This document shows positions 51,466 to 61,335 of a DNA stretch of 64,000 nt, one piece after another; positions within the stretch are counted from its first letter, which is position 1; every line of letters begins with the position of its first letter. Position numbers and translations under genes: made by a program. The notes beneath the pieces are model-generated. The model saw only the letters and a list, made by a program, of their open reading frames with translations, was not told where the DNA came from and ran no database searches. The DNA is from Azolla caroliniana (taxonomy: Eukaryota > Plantae > Polypodiophyta), in contig JBHGNT010000021.1 in assembly GCA_043228905.1 (NCBI GenBank), positions 11,470,001 to 11,534,000 of the forward strand, written 5' to 3'.

Positions 51466-53981
51466 GGTTTAGACGTATAAGACGGAGTTTTAGTTATGGG
51501 GTGACGGGGGGGTTTGTAAGAGTTGTGTGGGTTTGATTTATTATGTGGGTAGGTGGTTGGGGCCGATAAGTTAAAATTAGGAAAAAGGGGAGGGGTGTTA
51601 TATGTAAATAGGGAGGGGTTCTTATTCAAATTATGTGAAAATAAGGGGGGGGTGGCATGTGTGGAATTATTAAGAATGGAGAGGGGGGCATGGGAGGAGT
51701 GTGTGAAAATATTAGGGGGTGTTGGGGCTATATTAGAGATTGGGGGAGGGGTAAGACCATAATTATATAAAGTTTTGGGGGGAAACTTAGGGTGAGGATC
51801 ATTACAAAAAGGGGGCATGGGGTTAAATGGGGGAATATTGGAAAGTAACGGGGGGGTATACAAAGAATTAGTAGAAAGTGTGGGGGGAGGGTTTTGAGAG
51901 TGAGTGGGGTATGGGTGCGGTGGCCATGAATAAGAAAAGGGAGTTGGGCTCTTGGTGTGGAAAAGGGATGGGTTGTGTTGTTGCCCCAACGTAGGAGGAG
52001 GGAAAGAAAATTGAGGGGGAAAGGAGGGATGAGAGGTCTCGAGGGGCTGAGTATACAGAGGAGGGCTGAGGAGCAGAGGAGGAAGGTGAGAATGGGGGAG
52101 ATGGACTCTATTGTAATCGAATGTATGACCAGAGGCCATACCCTCGTTGTAGACCGCCTGTGCATTAATCCTGTCGGACTGATGTTGGTTGTGTTGGGCC
52201 GACGAGAATCGAGGAGGTGCGGTCGTTGAGTGGAGGCTATGGATCAGAGATGGAGGTGCTCCGTGTGTGGCATGTGGCCAAGCATGCATATAGTGGTCGA
52301 TGTCTCTGTTGCCGCCGAAAAGTGATGATGGTGGTCGTTGATGGAGATCTTGTGGTGGATGATTATAACCGTTGATGTCTCTATTGCCGCCGTTAAGTGA
52401 TGATGGTGGTCGTTGATGGAGATCTTGTGATGGATGATTATAGCCGTTGATGTCTCTATTGCCACCGAAAAGTGATGATGGAGGTTGTTGATGGAGATCT
52501 TGCGGCGGATGATGCGAAGGACCTGTACGAAGGGAAGCATGAGTGGTAAAGTTGGAGTTCGGGTTATGGTGAGTGTAGGTCGAGTTTGTGCTCGGGCCTA
52601 CCAAAAGCTCGTTGGATCTATAGAAAAGTACTTTTGGATTTCGATGGTTGAGGTTGTGAGGATATGGGTTCATGCTAACTTCATTATTATTTATGTTGCA
52701 GATGAATTGAGGATGGTTGCGGTGCCTGGATGATCCGTGGTGAATTTGTGGTGGAGGAGGCTTCGGGTTTGTTATTTGAGGCCAAGGGTTAGGGTTAGTG
52801 TTAGTGTTAGTTTTTAGGTTGGGAATTGTTTTAGAGTTAGGGTTGGGATTAGGGTTGGGGTTTGTTCTCAAGTTAGGGTTAGGGTTAGGGTTGGGGTTTG
52901 TTCTCAAGTTAGGGTTAGGGTTATGGTTTGTTCTCAAGTTAGGGTTAGGGTTATGGTTTGTTCTCAAATTAGGCTTAGGGTTTGTTCTCAAGTTAGGGTT
53001 AGGGTTAGGGATTGTTCTCAAGTTAGGGTTTTTGTGCTGAGCTGTATACTGAAATTTGTTATATTGTACTTTCTCAAAACTATCGACAACTTTTTCAATA
53101 TCCTCTTCAATATCATTATCTGACTCCATATCTATGTCTATCTCTCTAACATGGTGCTTACTTGTGCTTTGAGTGTTGTCGTTTATTGATTGGGCTTTGT
53201 CTTTTCTTTGCATAGCAGCTGCCTTCAAGGCTTCCCTATAAGTGAATGAGAGAGCTATAGTATTACATTCTTTTAGAATATTAATTGCTAATTCTTCTTG
53301 GAAAATTTCAAGTTGTTTGCTAAATGAGTTTGGGCTTGATTCGGGTTCCTCTACTTCGTTAAAACAAACAGGGGCTTTTAGGAGATTAGCAATTTTGAGT
53401 ATATCCGAACGCACAGTTATAGGAAAGTCATCCACTGTTTTTGTGTAGTAATGGACAAGACTATCTAAATGCTTAACATATGTGGTAGTGAGATCTTTAC
53501 TATATTGTGTTGTGATGGAAGTAAACTCTAATTGTAGGCTTTTATTAATATCTTCCTGCTCAATAATTAGTCTAGGGGGATGGATTCTCAAGCTATGAGG
53601 GGCTATATTCTGAGAATTTAGGTTTGACATACGAGTGTATGTTTTTTTAGCTTTTTCTGCTTTTCGATAGAGGTTTTTAAACTCTGCGATTATCCGACAC
53701 TTGTAATCTTCAAAGTGTTGGGAAATTAGTGGTGATTCAGTGGAGATTACCTGGGTACTAGTAGTTTTTGGAGGGGTCGGAGTAGTTGAAACTATTGGAG
53801 CTCGTGGTCTTTTAGTTGGACGTTTGTTGGCGCTTCTAGGTTTCGTCGGAGTGGGTGTAGTGGAAGTAGCCGCCGCAAAAGTCATCATCTGTTGTGGAGG
53901 GAACTCAGCATTGTATGGTGATTCGATGTGAGTCGAAGTATCACTAGTATGGGTTCCAAACTCCGATGATAAGCCCTCCAT
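51453..53981 (-). CDS. PLE ORF1 (helical N-terminal domain plus N/P/H-rich repetitive region), 842 aa, possibly 5'-truncated
   Basis: Uninterrupted 842-codon ORF directly upstream of the RT on the same strand. Helical segment ~aa 90-270; NPNLRT repeats; three 25-aa HPPQDLHQ repeats. Confidence 0.8.
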   Translation of the reverse strand: MEGLSSEFGTHTSDTSTHIESPYNAEFPPQQMMTFAAATSTTPTPTKPRSANKRPTKRPRAPIVSTTPTPPKTTSTQVISTESPLISQHFEDYKCRIIAEFKNLYRKAEKAKKTYTRMSNLNSQNIAPHSLRIHPPRLIIEQEDINKSLQLEFTSITTQYSKDLTTTYVKHLDSLVHYYTKTVDDFPITVRSDILKIANLLKAPVCFNEVEEPESSPNSFSKQLEIFQEELAINILKECNTIALSFTYREALKAAAMQRKDKAQSINDNTQSTSKHHVREIDIDMESDNDIEEDIEKVVDSFEKVQYNKFQYTAQHKNPNLRTIPNPNPNLRTNPKPNLRTNHNPNPNLRTNHNPNPNLRTNPNPNPNPNLRTNPNPNPNPNSKTIPNLKTNTNTNPNPWPQITNPKPPPPQIHHGSSRHRNHPQFICNINNNEVSMNPYPHNLNHRNPKVLFYRSNELLVGPSTNSTYTHHNPNSNFTTHASLRTGPSHHPPQDLHQQPPSSLFGGNRDINGYNHPSQDLHQRPPSSLNGGNRDINGYNHPPQDLHQRPPSSLFGGNRDIDHYMHAWPHATHGAPPSLIHSLHSTTAPPRFSSAQHNQHQSDRINAQAVYNEGMASGHTFDYNRVHLPHSHLPPLLLSPPLYTQPLETSHPSFPPQFSFPPPTLGQQHNPSLFHTKSPTPFSYSWPPHPYPTHSQNPPPTLSTNSLYTPPLLSNIPPFNPMPPFCNDPHPKFPPKTLYNYGLTPPPISNIAPTPPNIFTHSSHAPLSILNNSTHATPPLFSHNLNKNPSLFTYNTPPLFPNFNLSAPTTYPHNKSNPHNSYKPPRHPITKTPSYTSKPKNV
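52786..53030 (+). repeat. TTAGGG-type (telomere-like) minisatellite inside PLE ORF1
   Basis: Units such as TTTGTTCTCAAGTTAGGGTTAGGGTTA(T/G)GG repeated about 6 times; encodes NPNPNLRT. Confidence 0.85.
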
Positions 53982-53984
53982 AGG

Positions 53985-56169
53985 TCATGTTCGGATTCAG
54001 AGAGCAAAACTATGTCATCCGCATAGAGCAAGATATGAACTTGCGTATCCGCAAGGACCACTCTGGTGCCTCCCTCATGAGCAATAAAATATGTGATCTC
54101 ATCAATGTAGATCCCAAAAAGCGTCGGTGATAGGGGGCAACCTTGTTTTACACCAATAGTGCTAGTGAAACGATTAGGTAGGCCACATGGGCATCAGACA
54201 CAACCAGACACTTGTTCATATAGTGCGTAGATGGCCCATACCATATCATTTGGTATCCTCAAGCTTTTAAGTCTATCAAACAACCGCTCTCTAGGGACTG
54301 TGTCAAAGGCTTTGCGGAAGTCCACAAAACAACAATATAATTTCTTCTTGCGAGCCTTAGTTTGGTCAATTAGGCATCTAAGTGTGAAGATATGATGAAT
54401 AGTGGAGAAGGCTTGTCTAAAGCTAGCTTGTTCAGGTGCACGAAGGTTTAGGGTCTCCATATAGTCGCTAAGCTCTGCTTCCATTACTGCACCATATAAC
54501 TTAGCAAGGGTGTGGCCTTCATAATGGTCCTATATGTATTTGGGTCCATGGGGTCCCCCCCTTTATGTATGGGGGCCACTGTATTCATAGTCCACTGTGG
54601 TGGAAAACCCTCCGTAAGGGCACGATTGAAGATTAGAGTTAGCAAGGGAGCTAGGCACTCTCTTGCATATATAATGTGTTCTACTCGCAATCCTGTGTGG
54701 TCCATGGACTTCCTATGTTGTAATTTCTTTATGACCTTCACGACCCTAGAGGTCGTGAAAAGTGTCCCCGTGGTAGGCCGTGGTGTGGAAGGCATTGGAA
54801 TGGGTGGTTGGTTTGGGATTTGGTAAAGTCTCTCTGTATATGTGGGCCAAGTTTCGAGATCTTCAATGGGTGTTTGTGGTCTTGGCTCCCATAGTCTCTT
54901 CCATGCCGTGGCGCAATCGCTACTCATGAGCATTTGGTAGAGTTCCCAATATTGGGATGCCTCCCACGCCCGTCTCTTACGACGTGTCATCTTGCGCATT
55001 TCTTTGCGAGCTTGTATGGAGGTAATACTACCATTGAGTAAGTCCCTACAATCCTCATCATACCATTTATTTTGTGGCATTGATCCTGATTTACCTTGAT
55101 TTGAGTGTTTTGTATATGGGAAACTGCTAGCTGCTGCGGAGTGAAGGATGTGTGTGAGTTTTGTACTAAGGCTTTCTAACGGTAGGGAGGGATCAAGGGA
55201 GGAGAGATGGGCCTGAACATGTTGAGAGTATATGTCAGAGAGCTCATGTGTGAAATGTATTGTGTGAAATGGTTGACTAGACTTGGTGACCTTAGAGATA
55301 TCACATTTTAGCTCGAAGTATAAGAAACTATGGTCTGAGCCAATAGGGCATGGGGCCACTCGGAAGGAGTTAATCATGTGGGTAGCTTCAGGGCATCCTA
55401 TTAGATAATCAACTGTGCTTTCCCCTCCTCCATGTGGGAAACATGTGAGCTCTTCCGAGCCCGGCCACTTAGCTAGACCATTATATATGACCATCTGGTG
55501 CCGATTGCCAAGTTTGAGCAGATGATGGCCAAAGCTCGTGGCGTCCGGACCTTGATCCTTTGATCTACGCGTGGTGCCTATGTCTAAAGGATCGACATTT
55601 ACCATTTCTAGGTTTCTATTCATCTGAAATACTGTGCATTGTCGAGATTGGGTTCTCTCATTGAAGTCTCCTACAAGAAATACTTCTCCTTGGGAAGAAT
55701 ATCGGATTATGTCATCCGATAGGGGTTCGTATGGAGAAGGTCTATGTCGCATTCCTTCATCGACTAATCTCGCCAAGCCACCAATATTATAACGGGATCC
55801 TTTTGGGGGAAAGTAACAAATGGCAAAAAATACTGCCTGGTCTTTGTTTGTGGAGACTTTCACCCACATAAAATGAGCTTCTAGGTCTATCTTCATTATT
55901 TCTATCCTATTATGTAGCTCTCTATGAAACAGTATCGCGACACCTCCATATCCCCTAGTAGTGTGTCGACGTGAGGTTTGTCTAAAAGTGGACTCCCAAC
56001 AGAATCCTTTGACCCGTGGGATTCCTCTATTTGGGCTCTGATGTGTTTCTACTAAGAAAAGTATATTAGATACCTTTAGTATCTCCTCTAGGCGGCCGGG
56101 GTGTGCCCAAAGTGCGTCGTTACAATTCCATAAGGTCATCCTAAGTGCATTTTCTATCACATGGGCCAC
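53985..56169 (-). pseudogene. LINE ORF2 endonuclease-RT, frameshifted and cut off after YADD
   Basis: ORFs 54484-56169 and 54194-54484, plus GVKQGCPLSPTLFG..LLYADDIVLLSESEHDL ending at the PLE junction. Confidence 0.9.
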
Positions 56170-56175
56170 ACGCCG

Positions 56176-57177
56176 TCAATTAGTAGTGCGATCATTTATG
56201 ATCACTCGCCCGTCTCGGTAAAAGACGCGATGGCCTTCTTTACAAGCTTGCATAAATCGTGGCATACAACTCTTGCGATGCTCAATTTGCATCTTAGTGA
56301 GGTCTTCATCGAGATAGATGGGGTCCCCACCCATTCCTCGAAGGATTGGTCTCGTCTTAAAGAAAGTGATTCTAGAGTCTAAGTCTTTAAATTGAAGGAC
56401 TAAGGCTCTCTTCCTAGTTGTGTCACGCCCGGCCCTCCATGCTTTGGTGATAGGTAGGGCCTCTATGTACCCTAACATTTTCCCAAGTGTTTGTGCATCC
56501 TCATTTGGGGATGCACCTTCTTTGAGCCTAGTGACACGTACATTTAAGCGTCGGGCCTAACGCATTTTCTCTTCTTCAAGGGTGGTAATAACAATATTTT
56601 CATCTTTTATTTCTTTTCTAATGTTTCTTTTAACCACATCTACCCAACCCGTTTTGGCTAACTGTATGTTATTATTAACTTCCTCTTTAACTTTTTTAAT
56701 TTCGTCCTTTATATCCTCTATAGAGGATATTTCACAATCTTCTCGAGATACCTCGATGTCCTTAAGTTGTTTTTTAAGGTTGATGTTTTCCACTTTAAGT
56801 TGTTCTATTTTGGCCTTGAGGGCGTCTTTTTCCTCTCTATCTTTTTTCTTGTGGGTTTCGGCGTCTTTCACCCATTTTTTCATATCCATCTCTATTTTTG
56901 TTAAACGATTAAACATATCTAAAAACTCCTCCTTACGTATAGCCTCGTCTTGTATATCCTTATGTTCCTTAGTTCGTTTAGACGTCATTGTGGTGTCAAT
57001 AAGAAAAAAGGTAAAATAAATGGGTTCGAGACTTAGCCGAGTTTGTGTGTATGTCGCAATCACATCGGCATTTTGTAGCACGCAACGAGCACACCAAAAG
57101 AACCCACCCACGAACTCGTCAAGAAAATGGCATTTCACAACGCCAAGAGAAAACGGAGAAGAAACACCCCGCAACAA
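56176..57177 (-). pseudogene. LINE ORF1 (coiled coil plus RRM-like), with an in-frame stop at ~56557
   Basis: Heptad-rich LKAKIEQLKVENINLKKQL; EEEKMR*ARRLNVRV; LVLQF..IYLDEDLT, typical of LINE ORF1. Confidence 0.75.
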
Positions 57178-58695
57178 CGACGGTGACGGCGACAGTCGTC
57201 AACGACGGCAGTAGACGGCAACAGACGGTAGCTACGGTGACGACTGTAGAGTCGTCAGACGACGACAGCAACAATCGGCAGCAGACAGCGGTTGCAGACG
57301 ACGGCGACGACAATGACGACGACAATAAATGGCGACAACAACGGCAGAAAGAGCCGTTACATAGAGACGAGGAAGCGAGAGAGAGAGAGAGAGACTGCAG
57401 ACAGTAGCAGACGGCAGAAGACGGCTGCAGAGTCGTCAGACGACAACAACAACAGTCGGCAACAAACAACGGTTGCAGACGACGACGACGACAGAAAGAG
57501 CCGTTACATAGAGACGAGGAAGCAAGAGAGAGAGAGAGAGACTACAGATAGTAGCAGACGACAGAAGACGGCTGCAGAGTCGTCAGACGACGACAGGAAT
57601 AGTCGGCAGCAGACAGCGGCTGCAGACGAGAGCTCGCAATTTAAAAAAATAGAAAATTGTATTAACAAGGAAACAATAACAATCAATAACAACAAAGAGA
57701 AGGAGAAGGTGCTTATGTAGTCACCTTCTCTCTAAGTTCTCTTACAAATATTGCCTCTTGGGAAAGAGGTCGTTTCTTAACTACCTAAGAAATATGTGTC
57801 ATATAACATTCACAAGGAAGTGGGGTGTTCACACACTTGAGTATCCAAGATGTGTTCCCACACACGGGAAGTTGAGTTTGATTCTCAACATGCCTCAAGA
57901 GCGGCTGGTGCAATCCTGTTGCTCCTTACTCCCCCTCAAGCGCGGCTGGTCAATCATCGAAAGACCCAGGTTCATTGTGAACTACCGCAACTTGTTGACT
58001 CCCAGGGCCTTGGTGAAGATGTCGATCGTCTACAGGTTCGTGTTGATGTGTTGCAAGTTGACATCTCCGGCCACAACACATTGGATGAAGTGATAGCGCA
58101 CTTCAATGTGCTTGGTTCGAGCATGGAAAACTGGGTTCCGAGCTAGGTGAATGTTGCTCATATTGTCGCTATAGAGGAGAATCAAATCCTTGATGGGAAC
58201 GCCCAAATCCTTGATGGGAACGCCCAAATCCTTCAAGTTTCTCTTGAGCCAAACAACTTCACATGCGGCTATGAGTGGGCCCCTGTATTCAGCTTTGGTG
58301 CTCTATAGTGCAACTGTCGGCTATTTCTTACTACTCCACGATATGGCACCATTGTCGAGAGAGAAAGAAAATCCAGATGTCAATCAACGGTCAGCTTGGT
58401 AGCCGGCCCAATTGGCATCGGTAAACCCTTTGAGTCATATCAGTGTGGCCGATTTGTAGAGGATGCTGAAATCCATGGTTCCACTCACACTTAGGAATCT
58501 CTTAGCACAGTGGAGATGGATGTGTCGCGGAGTGTGCATGAACTGGCTAAGGAGGTTTACCGGATAACTTAGGTTAGGTCGGGTAATTGTGCGGTCGATA
58601 AGACTTCTGAATAGCTAATGATAGAGCATCGGCTCACACTCTCTTGTGCCGAAGTCAGCATCTAGCTTTAGGTCGTGATCAAGAGGGGTAGTGAC

Positions 58696-59527
58696 CAAGG
58701 TTGTTAGCCTGGTAGGGTACGGATACCATACATATTTAACGTATTAATACCTGTATAGTACCTTCTAATTTAAAAATGCGTTAAATACGTTTTCTTAATA
58801 TGTTAAATACTTATAAAATACGTAAAATACGTATTTTACGTATAGTACGTTAAATACTTCTAGAATTTGAAAATTATTTACCTTTCTAAAAAATATCTAT
58901 AATATTGTAAAAAAAATCTATGTTTACACAATTTTGTGATGTAAAATATAGTTCTATATCCTAAAATGCATATAAGACATTTGAACATTTCACATCCTAA
59001 AATAATATGGATGTCGACATTCCCTTATTCTATAAATCAGTGTAATGTGTATCACGATGTTCTACTTCAAATTGTAATTATTTACAATTATGCCTTTATA
59101 GATTGAGGAATCTCTATGATTATCACACTCATGATAGGTTTCTCTTTTCTTCGTTTTCTTCTTCTTCTTCTTCTTCTTCTTCTTCTATCTACTGCAATTA
59201 TCACACTCGGGATAGGTTTATGTCTTCTTTTCTCTCTTCTTCTTCTTCTTCTTCTTCATCGTCGTCTCTTCTATTCTTCTTTCTTCCTTCCTTTGGCTTC
59301 TTTTTCACTAAAATCTTTTTTTTCTTTTCCTTTTTGTTAGGGTTTTACTTACATTTTCTTTATAAATATGTATTATACCAATTTTTTTATAAATACGTTA
59401 AATACCGTATTGGACAAATGTACATGATATTTGACTGAACAACATTGACCTGGTATAGTACGTACTATACAAATAATGAGGTACTATACGTATTGAAACG
59501 TTAAATACGGGTACGTAAACAACCATG
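58696..59527. mobile_element. hAT-like MITE (~830 bp) in copia E RT
   Basis: TIRs CAAGGTTGTT and AACAACCATG (1 mismatch). AT-rich with ATACGT subterminal motifs and (CTT)n. Interrupts CKPV|TTPLD; imperfect 8-bp TSD. Confidence 0.75.
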
Positions 59528-60933
59528 GTACTACTATTGACGGGCTTACACTATGTCACCCCAAACTTGTGTAGAAGATTGAGGATATAGTGCCTTTGAG
59601 AAAGCATGATGCCGTCCGGAGTTTGCATTATTTCTATTCCTAGAAAGTAATGAAGCTCCTTCATGTCTTTCATTTCGAGTCGGTTGGAGAGGAGTTTTTT
59701 TATGTGCTCAATATCTGCTAAATGCTCTCCTCCTATGACTAAGTCATCCACATATATGATGATAAATACCTGTCCTCTAGAGTCGCTCCTGATGAACAGA
59801 AAGTTGTCTAACTTGGACATGTTGAAGGTGATTTGATGAAGATATTGCATTATCTTCGAATGCCATGCTCTCAGTGCCTGTTTGAGACCGTAGAGAGGTT
59901 TTTGAGTCGGTAGACAATAGTCAGATGCGTCGTCAACTCGAATCCGGGCGGTTGTGTCATGTACATCTCCTCTTCTAGCTCGCCTAGGAGGAATGCATTC
60001 TTTACGTCCATTTGGTGAAGCGCGATCACGGTTTGGATTGTAGTCATCTTTGCCACCAGGGCAAAGGTCTCTTCGTAATTGACATTGTGTGTCTGTGCGT
60101 AGCCCTTTGCCACAAGCCGGACCTTGTAGCGATTGATAGTGTTGTCGGCATTGCGCTTCAGTTTGAAGGTCCACCGACATCCAATTGCCTTTTGGTAGTG
60201 TGAAGAAGGGACGAGTCCCCATATCTCGTTCTTGGAGAGTTCTTGCATCTCCAATTCATTTTCTTCGACACATGTAGGGTCTTTCACGGCTTTAGAAAAG
60301 GTTTTGGATTGTAAACACCTTCATCGTGAATGCATAAAGATATGCCATGTAGTCATTGTAGCCGAATCGACGGCCTACGTTCTTTTCTCGGGTGGAGCGA
60401 TGTGGTGTTCTTCGTGTCCTCATGATGGGCACATCCAGTCCACCATACTCACTATCGAGTGAGTGAGGCGATTCATTTCAATCCGAGTCTTCGTACTCAA
60501 GCATTTTAGCCTTTTCTTTGTCCTGTTTCAGACTCACCTGCAACGTGCTTTGGTGCTTGGAGGATCTTGCGGTCCACTCAAACCTGTTGAGATTGGACTT
60601 CCCCTTGATGTGGGCCTCGGTCGATCATGCATTTGTGTCGAACTCGGTTTCGACTGTGTCAAATGGGACTGATTCGACTATATACCAGGATGTCAACTCG
60701 TCAAAGACACATCACTACTCGTACCTTCTTGGTGGAGGGGTTGAAACACTTATACCCTTTTTGCTCGAGTGAGTGCCCTACGAATATACATTTCTCTAAC
60801 TTGGGGTCGAGCTTCTACCGCCTCTCGCCGGGAATATGTACATAGGCTATTGAACCGAATATCCTAACGTGGGATAGATCCAGTTTCTTCCCATAGAACG
60901 TTTCACAAGGGGTAATATCGTGCACTCTTGATG

Positions 60934-61335
60934 TTTTTTTTTTCCATTTAGAGATACTAATGTAGTAGTTTTTTTTATATCTTTGGCTCACCCGAAGGCT
61001 AAAACTCACACGAAGTCATGTTTTATTAGCAGTACATAGTCCATCAGGGGGTGTACCGAATGGTACGAGTGAGATACATGCACAGGATGACCTCTAGGAG
61101 ATATGATGAGACTCGCACCACGTTCCATCATGCAACTTGTAGACAATCTACATTTTACCTTCTTCATCTTCGAAACCGTCATTGTTGTCACCGTCACCAC
61201 TATCTTCGTCGTCGTCACTTAGGGGCACAAACCGCCCTTTTTTAGGTACCACATGTATGTTGGTGTGGGGAGACTCGAACCTCCAACCTAGCGGTTGGAG
61301 TATCCCCCCATTACCATTACACCAACACATCACGA
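60934..61335 (-). mobile_element. tRNA-derived SINE (~400 bp)
   Basis: A-box TGGTGTAATGG (61324-61314), B-box GGTTCGAGTC (~61281-61272), poly(A) tail seen as T10 at 60934-60943. 17-bp TSD ATCGTGCACTCTTGATG / ATCGTGAACTTCTGATG at 60917-60933 and 61336-61352. Confidence 0.85.

Larger units (their letters stand above)
48843..53981 (-). mobile_element. Endonuclease-deficient Penelope-like retroelement (PLE) with two open ORFs
   Basis: PLE-type RT with no GIY-YIG, upstream ORF1, -1 frameshift cassette and a pyrimidine-rich repetitive 3' tail. Boundaries are defined by the interrupted LINE reading frame. Confidence 0.85.
47801..57627 (-). mobile_element. LINE (APE endonuclease-RT, RTE/RTE-X-like), near full length, interrupted by the PLE
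   Basis: Repetitive 5' UTR at 57180-57627. ORF1 at 56176-57177. ORF2 EN-RT at 56169-53985 (WNCN, FLVETH, VGDFN, SDH, FVDFRKAFDTV, VKQGCPLSP, LYADD). C-terminal ORF2 remnant at 48842-47995 (FIHRIHSQP..SSWY..LPPLRY..HFTCKCP). Confidence 0.85.

Noticed and set aside
52786-53030. True interstitial telomere or chromosome fusion site
   Set aside because: Short hexamer runs interrupted by a constant spacer, in frame within an ORF, and not TTTAGGG arrays.
57045-57720. ORFs of 116-142 aa rich in Q/R/D/T
   Set aside because: Translations of the LINE 5' UTR tandem repeats; no protein-like features.
58183-58232. 21-bp tandem duplication (KDLGVPI x2)
   Set aside because: Local slippage in a dead copia RNase H; no functional implication.
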